In this document: positions 51,140 through 62,523 of the stretch, one piece after another | How positions within the stretch are numbered: the stretch's first letter is position 1 | How the letters are laid out: every line of letters starts with the position of its first letter | Source of the DNA: Antedon mediterranea | Taxonomy: Eukaryota > Animalia > Echinodermata | NCBI RefSeq assembly: GCF_964355755.1 | Contig: NC_092678.1 | Coordinates: forward strand, 20,105,365 to 20,169,364 | Reading direction: 5' to 3' | DNA: 64,000 nt | The notes under the pieces: generated by a model | Database searches by the model: none | What the model was told of the DNA's origin: nothing | Seen by the model: the letters and a program-made list of their open reading frames with translations, nothing else | Made by a program: the position numbers and the translations under genes

Positions 51140-51757
51140 TAGGCCTAATGCTTTTCTTTTAATAATAATTAATATATACTTTATTTTACAGTTATTTTTA
51201 TAACAAAAAATGTGTAGACATTTTTACATTGTTTTTGTTTTGCATTTTTAACTCTACCAAGCACAAACAGGAAGATCCCTTTTATTTACAATCTTTACCT
51301 CAACTCTCCAATTTTTACTGACATCACTGCGGTGACAATTATATGTCTTTTGTGTCTAATTATTGCATATAATTATGACATTTAAAATCATGTTCTTTTA
51401 CAGCAACATCATGTCAAGATGATTTATACACAATAATAGTCATTAGTTAATAAAGAATGTCCTTAAACTTGCTGTACAAAATCTCTTAGATGTTGTGTGG
51501 GTGGAAGTTGGCAATGTCCAATATAATGTCATTAGTCATTCTAAGTAGCAGTAGCCTGTTCACTATTTATGACTTTTAAAATACATTTAAAATGCATTGT
51601 TTATTAATAAAAATGTCAATTCTAATTACTTTTAAAATGAATAACGTTGTATGTACCCACTTCTATTAAAGTATTATGATGTCATGTCAGGGATGAGTTG
51701 AAAAATAGATTTAACCTTGCCTTGGTTGTTTACTTTTAGAATTGAATATTTTCATTA

Positions 51758-51902
51758 ACCTCTGCCAAAATACTATCAAACTTTATGTGCAAAAACAAAT
51801 TTGATGTGCCCATGGAAATGATGATGTCATGTCACTACCATATTTGGCTACATTACACTCTACTTTTTCTTTCAAAACTAGTTTGATAGTGTAGACAGAG
51901 CT
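51758..51902. mobile_element. MITE family A
   Basis: Intact right TIR, degenerate left TIR. Confidence 0.8.
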
Positions 51903-52435
51903 TTAGGCTTACCATTATTTGATGGTTTTAAGATTTGGATGGCGCTTGACAACAAATTCCACATTGGTTCCTGTCTTAGTAACTGATTCCCAAAGATGGG
52001 ATATCACCCAAGGATAAAAAATGTTGCCTTTACTCATGTGAGTCAATTAAACAACATCCCCCCCCCCTCACTTTGTTTTGCCATTCAAAATTACCAGTGT
52101 ATGCTTTGTTTTATTTTATTCAATGCATAGCCAACATAGATCAAGACCTCTACTAACTCTGCTGGCGATGATGAAACAGAACAATGAATGCAATGAACCT
52201 TGGTGATCTTTTACCCCATCTTAAACTTAAACCCTATGATACAGTAGGCTAATAATAGTAGATTGATACTGTACTATAGAGATGCTTTTTGGATGTTAAT
52301 TTTAAAAATAAACTTATGTCACATTTTGACAAGGAGCATCCTGTGTCCACTCTGTACAAAGTATCATCAGTTCTCCTTCAGATGTAATACTTTGTGTGAT
52401 ATCAGACTTTTCATAGAAAAGGGGAAATTATATTA

Positions 52436-53090
52436 CCGTATTGACGCGGGTATAAGCCCACCCCCCTTGAACATGAAATCACGTAAAGTTTGGGGGGTGG
52501 GCTTATACCCGAGGATCCAAAAATGCAGATCGTCAAAAACAGCACATGTACACTGTGTATTCCACCATGCGAGCGAGCGCCCTCACGTGTACGACGTTGC
52601 CTCTAAAATACACGAGGTGTAGAGTGTCGGAAAATTTAGCTTATAGTTCGTGTAATTTATCGTAGAATACCTTATTTTAAACATCAATTGAACAAGAATT
52701 TATCAAGCAGAAAACCAAGTATACAATGTTCATTAAATAGAAATTTAATAAGCTTGTTTATGGCAGCCGATACCAAATAGTGGTTTTCCGTTTTGGCGAC
52801 TTGTAGCGTCGTGTGTGAAGCGATCTTCGACCGCAATGGAGTGTAAACAAAACAGGACTGCTAGGCCTCATATGGCCTAGCGTATATTAGCCTAGCTTGG
52901 TTATGATCAAAGGTAGGTGTATTCGGTGTATGGACGTCGCCAAATACAAAATAATGTATTACGACACACACTGTAGATCTTCGAATTAATGGGTGAGCTT
53001 ATACCCGAGTGCCTAATTTTTCATGAAAATTAGTCAAAAGTCGGGGGTGGGCTTATACCCGAGTATGGGCTTATACCCGCGTCAGTACGG
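52436..53090. mobile_element. Tc2/pogo-like non-autonomous transposon
   Basis: TA|CCGTATTGACGCGGGTATAAGCCCA...TGGGCTTATACCCGCGTCAGTACGG|TA with internal GGGCTTATACCCG repeats. Confidence 0.88.
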
Positions 53091-54334
53091 TAATTACAAT
53101 AATCAGGTCTAATTACAGTACTATTGGTGCCATTTTAATTTTGTTGGTAGGTTTCATGGCGACATATCAGAACAGTATTTTAACTGATATTCTGGGTTAC
53201 GGTCAAGCATCAAATGTCAATGGCTTACAGTTAGATAACCATTAGCTGGACAGATGTGATTGTGAGAAAACATTGAACGTACTACAGTATACAGTACATC
53301 CCCTACTAACTGTACTAATGTGGTATTATTATTATTACTGTCTGTACAGTATAAAGACTAATAAAAAAAAAACGTTATTAGGTTTAATAGCATACTGTAA
53401 ACATTAAGAACAAAAATTATCTGCTTAAAAGTAGACCCGTTATGTTTATTAATACTGTGCAGTGTTGTATGTGCAGAAGTACTATATATACTGTACAATT
53501 GTTTTTTCAATTTTTATTTAATTATAGATCTTTATTAAATACTTTGATTAAATGATCAGCAATTGTTGGATGGATTCACCCTCATTAAATATGGTAATAT
53601 AAAAAACAGTATATGTTATTATTGTTATAAGTACTGTATGAGAGGTAACTGGCTCATTTTAATTACCTACAGCGAAATTTATTTTGCTTAAGCTACCGTA
53701 CCCTTTCCCTGCATTTTTCCTTATTGCAATGTATTGATATTATTATTAGTATTATGCTTCAAGTCGAAAAATAAACGAAATGATTCTACTAGTGCTACTA
53801 AACAGAACCTACCTTGTTTTTTGAAAGTTGTAATTAACCAATAGGGTTATATCATACACCCTAATAACTATTATATTTCCCTGTGGAGAGATAACAGAGT
53901 TGTACATGCCTCCAAATGCATTCCCTATATGAAAGTAACATGAACGGCATTGTTATTAGTATTACTACAGTATACAGATTGCATGCACATTGTCTGCTGC
54001 TCCATTAACAGATCTATCTTCATCTTAATAACCAGTGAACCGGAACAAACGTGGCTCTATACCACCAACAAGCAAGACATTGATTTTTTATAATCAAATA
54101 AGTGTTGCAGTGATTGTATTACACGAATGCGAAAGGTTACATCTGTTAACAATGTATGTACATTTGTTGTGTCACCAGTGGATGATAACTTAACTCCTTG
54201 CAAAAATAAAACTAGGTCAACATTGGAATGAGTTTTATTGCACTGGCTTGTTTTGTTTTAAATAATTGGGGGTCACCCAATTGGGGATTTAACCTTGGTG
54301 ACCATACTTGGTAGTGTAACTGTAACTTACCTCT

Positions 54335-54550
54335 GAAAACCTAAAACTCTCCCAAAACTGGAAACTCTCCACAAACCGGAAACTCTCCAAAAACCGGAAA
54401 CTCTCCAAAAACCGGAAACTTTCCAAAAACCGGCAACTCTCTAAAAACCGGAAACTCGCCATAAACTGGAAACTTTTTCAAAACTGGAAACTCTCTCCAA
54501 ACTGGAAACTCTCTCCAAACTTGAAACTCTCTCAACACCGGAAACTCTCC
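54335..54550. repeat. 18-bp minisatellite (AAAACCGGAAACTCTCCA)
   Basis: About 12 units; explains ORF 54341-54538. Confidence 0.92.
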
Positions 54551-54717
54551 TCTGCTTTAATTTCTTTTTCATTCAGTTGGTTAATAAACTCCACAATGCT
54601 TTCAGTGAGATGGAACAAATGTTTATTGACGTTTGTAGCGACATCAAATATTAGTTCAGAGTCGTGTCAAGGAGTACTCCACTCCTGTGTATTTATGTAC
54701 CTAATCAACTTTAGATA

Positions 54718-54986
54718 TTTACTCTACCGTCATGTGTATGATACAATGTTTAATACGCATGTGTACAAGCAAGTGTACCATGTAGATTGTCATGTCAGCT
54801 TGAAGATCATTCTCGTGCCCAGTAACGCATTTAAGGATAACATTCTCTTCATTCCATCTCTCCAGGTTTCTTGCTTTATAGTTACTCTACCGTTATAGAT
54901 GATACAATGTTTAATACGCGTGACTCGTAAGCCTACATAATGTACTACAAGCAAGTGTACCATGTAGATTGTCATGTCAGCTTGAA
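54718..54986. repeat. Direct duplication of ~85-105 bp (54718-54803 and 54882-54986)
   Basis: Shared TTACTCTACCGT..GATACAATGTTTAATACGC..CAAGCAAGTGTACCATGTAGATTGTCATGTCAGCTTGAA. Confidence 0.85.
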
Positions 54987-54989
54987 CAA

Positions 54990-55215
54990 CCTCATATGGA
55001 TGTTCTATCCATCTCTCTTGGTTTTTTGCTCCTGTTTCTACCTCCATCCCTGATCTCCACCCCGTTTCCATTCTTTCCTGGTCAATTGGTCATCTCCAGT
55101 CCACGTCATCTTAGGTCTGTCTTTCTTTTCTTTGCCATGTCATTGTCGGCGCAATTCTGCTTTTGTCGTTTGCTAGTTTTAGCACATGTCCGAGCCATTT
55201 CCACTTCATCAGTGT
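54990..55215 (-). pseudogene. RTE-clade LINE 3' remnant
   Basis: Minus-strand translation MKWKWLGHVLKL...(fs)RPKMTW...ERMETGWRS..E...AKNQERW, the typical RTE ORF tail. Confidence 0.75.
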
Positions 55216-56465
55216 GATTTCACTGCTGGTTTTAATTACATTACAATGACTTTTGTAAAGTAAAATATAGTTAAAAACCTATTAGTAATAGCTATTTTTT
55301 TTTACCATATTTAATGGGGATGATCCATCCAGCAATTGCTGATCAATAGGGACTCTCAGAGGATCACAAGACAAACAATACACAAGATGCTCTACATAAA
55401 CAAAATCTTATTACAAGTCTTTGAGAGTGGAGTTGTAATTTTGTCCTTGGAAAAATCCTGACATGTGACGAGACTTGAACCCATGACCCTCCACTCTAAT
55501 AGTAACAGTTTGATGCATTCACTGTTTTGTACCAGCACAAAAAAATCTCCTATCTGTATATCAAACTTTTGAATTTTTATTTTCTTTTTTTTTACGTCAG
55601 AACATTTTTTTTCTTAAATTGTTATTGTTTTCCTTTTCCTTTTCAGTAACAGAGTACAGTAAATTATGTGACATTTGAGAAGTAATTTTCATATCCATAC
55701 TTGATAAAAACATGTTTCTAATTTCCATTATGAGCAGACTGTTCTAATTATTTTCCCCCTAAAACATATTGGAATGTATTTGTGTTTTTGTTTTTGGATT
55801 GTAATTTCGGCAAAATAAGATGAATGTTAAAGGGAAAACAGAATACAATAATCTTTCAACACATTTTCAAAATTAGAGTTATTTTTTTCAAATTCAAAAC
55901 ACTGACGATTGTTTAATATTTTCGGAAATAACATTTGCTTATTGTACTCATTGTAACCACTATAGGCAATGAAATATTGTTCTATATTTCAGTATAGAAA
56001 TGACAGAATTTGCCTATGATGTTTTTACATACAGTAACACAATCGGATACGGTGTGTATTATTTTTTTCTGATCAAATTTATTTAAATTAATAGTTAATA
56101 CTTTTAATAGAAACACAAACCATCCTGCCATAAACAGAAAAAAATGGAAACAAATTGTGGAAAGCGTAATGTCGGAAGACGGAAAACGTTAGCAACTAAC
56201 TAATACTTTTTTACTTTTTAATTTAAAGATGTATTGTCCTGCAAAAACATGAAAAATGAAGATTAATTTAAAAAGACTTTGAATAAGCAATTTTTGCAGT
56301 TTTAATGTTAATCACTTCTGTAGAAAAAAAACAAACAAAATAAGTGGTTATAAATTTAACCAAAATCCATTCACTTTCACTTCAGTCAATTTGGCCTTTT
56401 TTGCGTTAAATTACAGTTTTTTTCAGGTAAATAAGTTTTTTTCCAATTTTTGGTCAAAGTGAATA

Positions 56466-57585
56466 CAGTAGAACCTCCATTTTACGTACGGTACGGGACC
56501 GAAAGGCGTACGTAAAACAAAGGATTCGTAAAATCAAGGTTGACCTTAAATTGACCCCAAATACGTAGAGATCGTAGCTGGCCGTGTTTGCCTTCTGTAC
56601 ATTATGCAGGTGGTCACTAGCTAGGCCTTGCTTAGACTATTCAGGCCAGGCTAGCAGGCCTAGCAAGATGTGAGGCCTAACTAGAAAAGTACAGTCTATA
56701 CAGGCTGTGCGATGTTTAAAAAATATAATTGTTTTCTATAAAAAAAAACAGTCGCTGCTTTATGGGGAATGCACGTGCGTAGCTTGTCCCACACACAGCA
56801 GAATTCCTCACACAGCGATACGGGTTGGGTAGGTTTGGCCAGTATGCGTACCTTTTTATGGCCAGCGGGCGTCCCGGATATTGCGCAATATGGCCAGCGG
56901 GCGTCCAATTATTGCGTAATATTTTTTCAATGGCAGCGTCCGCGCGCTCCGTGCGTATGAAATACGTACAATCCGACAGCAGAGGGCGTTATATTTAAAT
57001 TTTCCACGTGAGATGCCGGCCGGCCACGTAGTATTATTATTTATCAGAAAAAAAAAATTAAATAATGTGAACTTTCATTTATAATGTTTTTTGATTGACA
57101 TTATAATAGTTTAACTATTAAGAATTATTGTTATTAATTAGGCCCTAAAATAATTTATTAAATCAGTTTAGGGCTAGCCTGCTCTGAACAGATAGATAGG
57201 CTTTTAGAGGCCTCGGTTCAGGCTTGCCCTATACTTGCAAATGCTGTATATATAAAATTAATTATGTATATAGCGCTCTCTGTCAAATTGTACGTATTTC
57301 ACACGCACGGAGCGGACGCTGCCATTGAAAAAATATTGCGCAATAATTGGACGCCCGCTGGCCATATTGCGCAATATCCGGGACGCCCGCTGGCCATAAA
57401 AAGGTACGCATACTGGCCAAACCTACCCAACCCTGTAGCACACAGCCATGCTTGTGGCTTTGTGTGCTTTGTTGTTGTTAAATTGCGCCCTCAATGTAAG
57501 AAAATGATGACGTCATCGGTTATTTTTAGCGTACGTAAAATCGAGGGAACGTAAAATCAGGGTACGTAAAACACAGGTTCTACTG
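56466..57585. mobile_element. Tigger/pogo-like element with TA TSD inserted in a family K MITE
   Basis: TA|CAGTAGAACCT...TTTTACGTAC / GTACGTAAAA...AGGTTCTACTG|TA; the empty site GTGAATAACTA is seen in the copy at ~34122. Confidence 0.9.
56821..57435. mobile_element. Innermost element with ~170-bp TIRs
   Basis: 56821-56994 is the near-perfect reverse complement of 57268-57435; ends C(A)GGGTTGGGTAGG / CCTACCCAACCCTG; TA flanks. Confidence 0.85.
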
Positions 57586-58129
57586 TAACTACTATGTGAC
57601 ATTAAAATGGCATATTCAACAAAAACATTAATTTTAAAACAAATTATTTTTTCAGGGGAGACAATATATCTTTAAACCTTGCAAAATATGAAATGTTAGT
57701 TATAATATTAAGGAAAATTATTCTATTGGCTCAAACAGTAGGCCTACTTCTGTTTATTGTTAATGTATCTTTAACCCTGACATAGATCTTCAGCATTTTA
57801 TGAGCAATGATAGTTCAATATTCACAATTATCATATTAATTGTAAAGTAATTCTTAACAGTTGTGAATTTCAATTATTTTTGTGCAGTTATTTTTCGAAA
57901 TTGAGCATTTATTAGACCTTGTAAAGTTGATGCCATAAATCAAGCTGCTAAACATATTCAGAATTAGCGACAAATCTCTCGCTTATCTACTCCTTCCATT
58001 ATTCATTCAATTTTGTATTGATGTGTCTTGATTTTGTGCCTCTCTTTTTGCATATTTTTAAAGGGTTTCACTAGGATTATAATTGTACAGTAATTAAAAC
58101 ACACAACATTTAATCACTTAACAACCTTG

Positions 58130-58570
58130 ATATTATGCAAATAATGAATGTTTATGAGTTGAATAGTTAGAATATTTCATAAGTTGAAAAATAGAGCAGT
58201 TTTTCAAGGAATGAAATATTCTCTCCATTCAACGAATACAAAACATTAATTATTTTTTGTAACACATCTACTTGTATTCAATTTATTCATCGTAAATCAT
58301 TGACAAATGCTAGGCCGGGAAAGCTAGGCCATTAAAAAAGGCAGTGGTCCAACCTTAGATGCGGAGTAGATTGGCGCACACAGCAAGTTGAATTCCGAAC
58401 GTGATCAGTCAATAACGTCGTGTAGCAAATAGTTTTCAAAATGTTTACAAAAGCTGAACGTGCATTAGAGCTGAGCTGTTCATTATCACCATTTTAGATA
58501 TCACTTTTCCATGAGATAGTTCCAAATAACACCTGATGCGTAATTAACCAATCAAATTGCATGAATACAA
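58130..58570 (-). mobile_element. Degenerate inverted relative of the 17335-17650 element
   Basis: TATTATGCAAATAATGAATGTTTATGAG...CGAATACAAAACATT...CATCTA...CCAATCAAAT match its reverse complement. Confidence 0.6.
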
Positions 58571-59039
58571 TCATGTGCTAGATATTACCTGGGGTGATAA
58601 TAATACTTTGTATTTTTATCGAAATTTTTACAAATTAAAATGAAGAAAAATCAGAAAAGCAAAAGGTTTTTATTTAAATTATTAAAGAAAAGAAGAAACA
58701 CAATTACAAAAGTCTATGTTAGCAAATGTCAGCTATGATAGAAATCTAAAGATATTAATAGCTGTAGTACTTTAGTACCCTAGAGGAATAAGTACTGTGG
58801 AGATCTACATAATATCAAGGACAATATAATATGATAAGCAGGATGCTATTAGCAAATTAAATGAAATGATTCAACAACAAAATATGAATATTATGTAAAT
58901 AAAAACAAGATGTTGTAGCACGATAGCAAAGCATACTACATTACCACCAACCATTATACAATACATGAGCCCCTTATTTAGAACACATGGGGATAACCCT
59001 CATGGGGAGACACTTGCCTATGAAATTAGGGAGAATTTG

Positions 59040-59390
59040 TTGTGACGTTTATGGGCAAAACAAAAGTGATGTGCCCATGGACATGATGATGTCATAGCAC
59101 TACCATATTTGGATATATCATTACCATGTTTGGGCACATCACACTTTTTACAAAAAAAACTAGTTTGATAGTGTAGACAGAGCTTTAGGCTGCTTTATTG
59201 TCCCAGTGTCTTTAGTATTTGCATATTTTATAGCTCACTGAAAGGAATAATATAATATTTAGTTATATTTTGTTTTGTTCAATGTGTTAAGCCTACACAA
59301 TTATACTGTGACAAAAAAAAATGTGATGTCCATATATGGACATGATGATGTCATATCACTACCATATTTGGGTATATCATTACCATATTT
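59040..59390. mobile_element. Two partial MITE family A copies (59040-59184 and ~59290-59390)
   Basis: Internal GGACATGATGATGTCAT..CACTACCATATTTGG motif; right TIR at 59164-59184. Confidence 0.75.
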
Positions 59391-59406
59391 TGTTTTGTCC
59401 TTATAG

Positions 59407-59527
59407 TTCAATGTGTTACGATGAAGACGGGCACGTTGCTCATGAATTTTACGTGGAAGATTCCGACAAACACAACGGCAGAAGGAAAGTTGGTATGAAG
59501 CGTATTCTAGCAAACATAAAGCCTTTG
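59407..59527 (+). CDS. TUSC2: TUSC2/FUS1 coding exon 2
   Basis: ttttgtccttatag|T TCA ATG...; SMCYDEDGHVAHEFYVE...MKRILANIKPL matches SMFYDEDGDLAHEFYEE...LRRVHKNLIPQ; donor TTG|GTACGT; 121 nt, frame compatible with exons 1 and 3. Confidence 0.93.
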
Positions 59528-59562
59528 GTACGTATAACGATAACAAATTTATTATCCTTTGG

Positions 59563-60917
59563 CAGGGCTGAGCGAACCCACTTGCCCGACGCCCGGGACA
59601 AGTGGTTTTTACGGTCGGACAACCACATTTAACGTATCCTCTTGTCCGAGGACAAGCACTTTTGAAATTCAGGAAATTAAACTAAGAACACAGAAAACCA
59701 TGTGCCAACACAGTTAGCCATGTGCATTAATACAAATAGCAGGCTTCTTCAAAGCACATTAAACCCAGTGCATTTAATACATCACTGATTGGTCAATGAC
59801 CTGAGTCACATCATTATAGATTACACGATTTTCTATTTAGGGAGGTAATGAAAACATTTTTGGACCATGCAGTGGTTGAGACATAGGTTAACTGGGTAAT
59901 TAAAAAAATGCCCAGTTAAAAAGAACCCCCGTAATTAATGGACTCTACCAGGTATTGTTGATCAAAAATACCATGCATCAAGATGGAAGCTGTATACACG
60001 CGAGGAGGTGGTAGGCCCAGTATTTTAATTTTTCTCTGTACATCGTGCATGAAACGGACAATTGATAAAGTGGTTTCATAGGGAAAAGAATGTTTTTTAT
60101 AAATTTACCTGTGAAATGCAACAAGCTATTTTATTTAGTGAATTGGATAATAACAAAAACATCCTCTCTCCGTCCGTTGTAAGAGTAGGAGGCCTAACTT
60201 CTAGAGTAAGGATGGCCTGGGGCCTGGAGGTATTTTTCTCTCTCTCCATGGTGACGGTCTAAGGCCTAGTGTCTGGATGGCAAGCTTTAATTAGTAATTG
60301 GGCCTAGCCAGACCTACATTAATTCGGTATTATTTGTTAACTAATTATGCCTGGACAAAATAACAATTATTTAAAAAAATAATTTTAATTATGCCTGGAC
60401 AAAATAACAATAACAATTATTTAAAAAAATAATTTTAATTATACCTGGACAAAATAAAAATTATTTAAAAAAATAATTTAAATATACCTACTATCTAGCT
60501 AGCCGGCATAGCTACAGTAGGCAAAGATCACTTCACGACTAGGCTATGATACGTTTGTATATAATAGACACCACAGTTTTTTTGGTAATTCAATTCTTTT
60601 ATTTTTTATTTACTAACTACTATTTATTAATTAGGCCTACAGTACTCTACACACTGTTGTGTTAATAAAATAAAACCTAAAAATGACCGTTATTTTTATC
60701 AAAATATTGAGCAGGCTAAAAAAGTCTAGGCTAGGCCTATAAACTGCTGAATTTTAAATAGACAATAAACACTTGAGTGACATTTGTCGACACTTGTGTA
60801 ATTTTTTGCCTATTGCGCAATAAAGAGGGACAAGTAAATTTTTTTCTCGGACAAGTGAATTCCGTGCAGGTACTTGTCCGGGGACAAGTGAAAGAAATTG
60901 AAATTCCCTCACCCCTG
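59563..60917. mobile_element. hAT-like non-autonomous element with a 5-bp TSD (hAT5-type)
   Basis: TTTGG|CAGGGCTGAG...CTCACCCCTG|TTTGG; subterminal GGACAAGT/ACTTGTCC clusters at both ends; internal triplication at 60345-60480. Confidence 0.8.
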
Positions 60918-61070
60918 TTTGGACATCCCTATTCGCACCTTGTGAGACCATGTAGTGTTGGATGATGGACTACTGATTAACTGCACTGAAATTTAATATC
61001 AATTGTATGTCTATGAATAGCCACATCCCTGGATGCCTACAATACAGCATAGTTCAATTTAAAATTAAAA

Positions 61071-61452
61071 TGAGTTTCTCAGTAGAGTTGACAGTAGCAA
61101 TAGACAATCAGCACACTGCATACACAGTGGTCTAGCTGTAATTTATCTTTACCCGCATGGGGTCTTGCTTTATTATTGTCTCATCTATTTTAATATAGAA
61201 TGAGTTTCTCAATAGAGTTTACAGTAGCAATAGAAAATCTGCACACTGCATACACAGTGGTCTAGCAGTAATTTATCTTTACCCGCATGGGGTCTTGCTT
61301 CATTATTGTCTCATCTATTTTCATATAAAATGAGTTTCTCAATAGAGATCACAGTAGCAATAGATAATCAGCACACTGCATACACAGTGGTCTAGTTGTA
61401 ATTTATCTTTACCCGCATGGGGTCTTGTTTCATCATTTTCTCATTCATTTTC
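61071..61452. repeat. 130-bp tandem repeat, three copies, in TUSC2 intron 2
   Basis: Units start at 61071, 61201 and 61331 with few differences. Confidence 0.95.
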
Positions 61453-61536
61453 AAAGTTTATGTTTTAATTATATTTATGTTTCACCTGTCTAGTGCATTA
61501 CTGTAATGTCAGTTATTAAAGCACTCTACTCCATAG

Positions 61537-61675
61537 GGAGAGATTATATTGGATCCACTGAGGTTACATGTCAGCCTACTGCATTATTTTTTATTGTGTA
61601 CATTTCAATCTGACATTCTTAATGATTTCTTCATAAGAGGAGATTACATTGGATCCAGTGAGGTTACATATCAAC
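61537..61675 (+). other. Two degenerate duplicates of the 5' half of TUSC2 exon 3
   Basis: GGAGAGATTATATTGGATCCACTGAGGTTACATGT (61537) and GAGATTACATTGGATCCAGTGAGGTTACATAT (61640) versus the true exon at 61736. Confidence 0.85.
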
Positions 61676-61735
61676 ATATATGTTTTTATTGTATCAATTT
61701 TAATCTGATGTTCTTTACTGCTTTTTTCTCTACAG

Positions 61736-61804
61736 GGAGAGATTGCATTGGATCCACCTAGGTTACATGTGGATATGCCGTTTGTTCTGTGTGAGGTCAC
61801 ATGA
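61736..61804 (+). CDS. TUSC2: TUSC2/FUS1 coding exon 3; the spliced CDS is 384 nt (127 aa)
   Basis: cttttttctctacag|GGA...; GEIALDPPRLHVDMPFVLCEVT* matches GIVKLDHPRIHVDFPVILYEV*. Confidence 0.93.
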   Translation, partial: GEIALDPPRLHVDMPFVLCEVT

Positions 61805-62207
61805 TATTGGCTGATATGAAAGTTATCTTTTGATGGTCAAAGTTTTGCTGAAGGGACTTCTTTTAAAATGGCTAAATGCCATAGAATCAAAGAAATAAAT
61901 TGATAATATATATGTATATATCTCTGTACATAAGAACTTAAAGCTCATTTTTATGTACTGTACACACCAGTTCAGCTGTGTTTTTTCACATTTTTTCATC
62001 CCATATTGTCGTTCGTTCTGCTCTTTTTCTACCCAGCCAGTAATTTTATGATCTGTCAAGCTATACCAAGATCAACCCATCCTATATCCAATAGTATGGT
62101 TGTTTTCTGTCATGAATACCCACCCTTTTTTTTATTACATTCGTCAGTCTATTAGTATTTTATTGCAATACCAGTAACAATATTGGCTCATTGCACCATA
62201 CAGATGC

Positions 62208-62523
62208 TGGGTGGTTGTTTTCCATTCCCGGAGTGGTTGTTTTCCATTCCCAGGGTTGTTGTTTCACATTCCCAGGGTTGTTGTTTCATATTCCCAGGGG
62301 GGTTGTTTCATATTCCCAGGGTGGTTGTTTCATATTCCCAGGGTGGTTGTTTCATATTCCCAGTGTTGCTTGTTCATATTCCCAGTGTTGCTGGTTCCTA
62401 TTCCCAGGGTTGCTGGTACATATCCCCAGGGTTGCTGGTGCATATCCCCAGGGTTGCTGGTTCCTATTCCCAGGGTTGCTGGCTCCTATTCCCAGGGTTG
62501 CTGGTTCCTATTCCCAGGGTTGT
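62208..62523. repeat. 21-22-bp minisatellite (ATTCCCAGGGTTGCTGGTTCCT and variants)
   Basis: About 14 units; explains three overlapping spurious ORFs. Confidence 0.93.

Larger units (their letters stand above)
56227..57671 (+). mobile_element. Family K MITE split by a nested insertion
   Basis: Left part 56227-56465 and right part 57586-57671, TTAA on both sides. Confidence 0.85.

Noticed and set aside
54323-54550. Minus-strand donor GAG|GTAAGT next to a repeat ORF, suggesting a repeat exon
   Set aside because: No suitable upstream acceptor, and it lies antisense within the TUSC2 intron.
55460-55520. Possible tRNA gene (minus-strand GGTTCAAGTC B-box)
   Set aside because: No cloverleaf; more likely a decayed SINE head, as at ~6300 and ~20100.
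56696-57554. Mutually similar short ORFs on both strands
   Set aside because: They are translations of the two TIRs of one element.
61071-61452. 130-nt intronic units as tandem H/ACA snoRNAs
   Set aside because: Units are contiguous without spacers, and I could not see a convincing hairpin-H-hairpin-ACA layout.
61537-61770. Three ~33-bp repeats with ~65-bp spacers resembling a mini CRISPR array
   Set aside because: The repeat is the start of TUSC2 exon 3, so these are exon duplicates.
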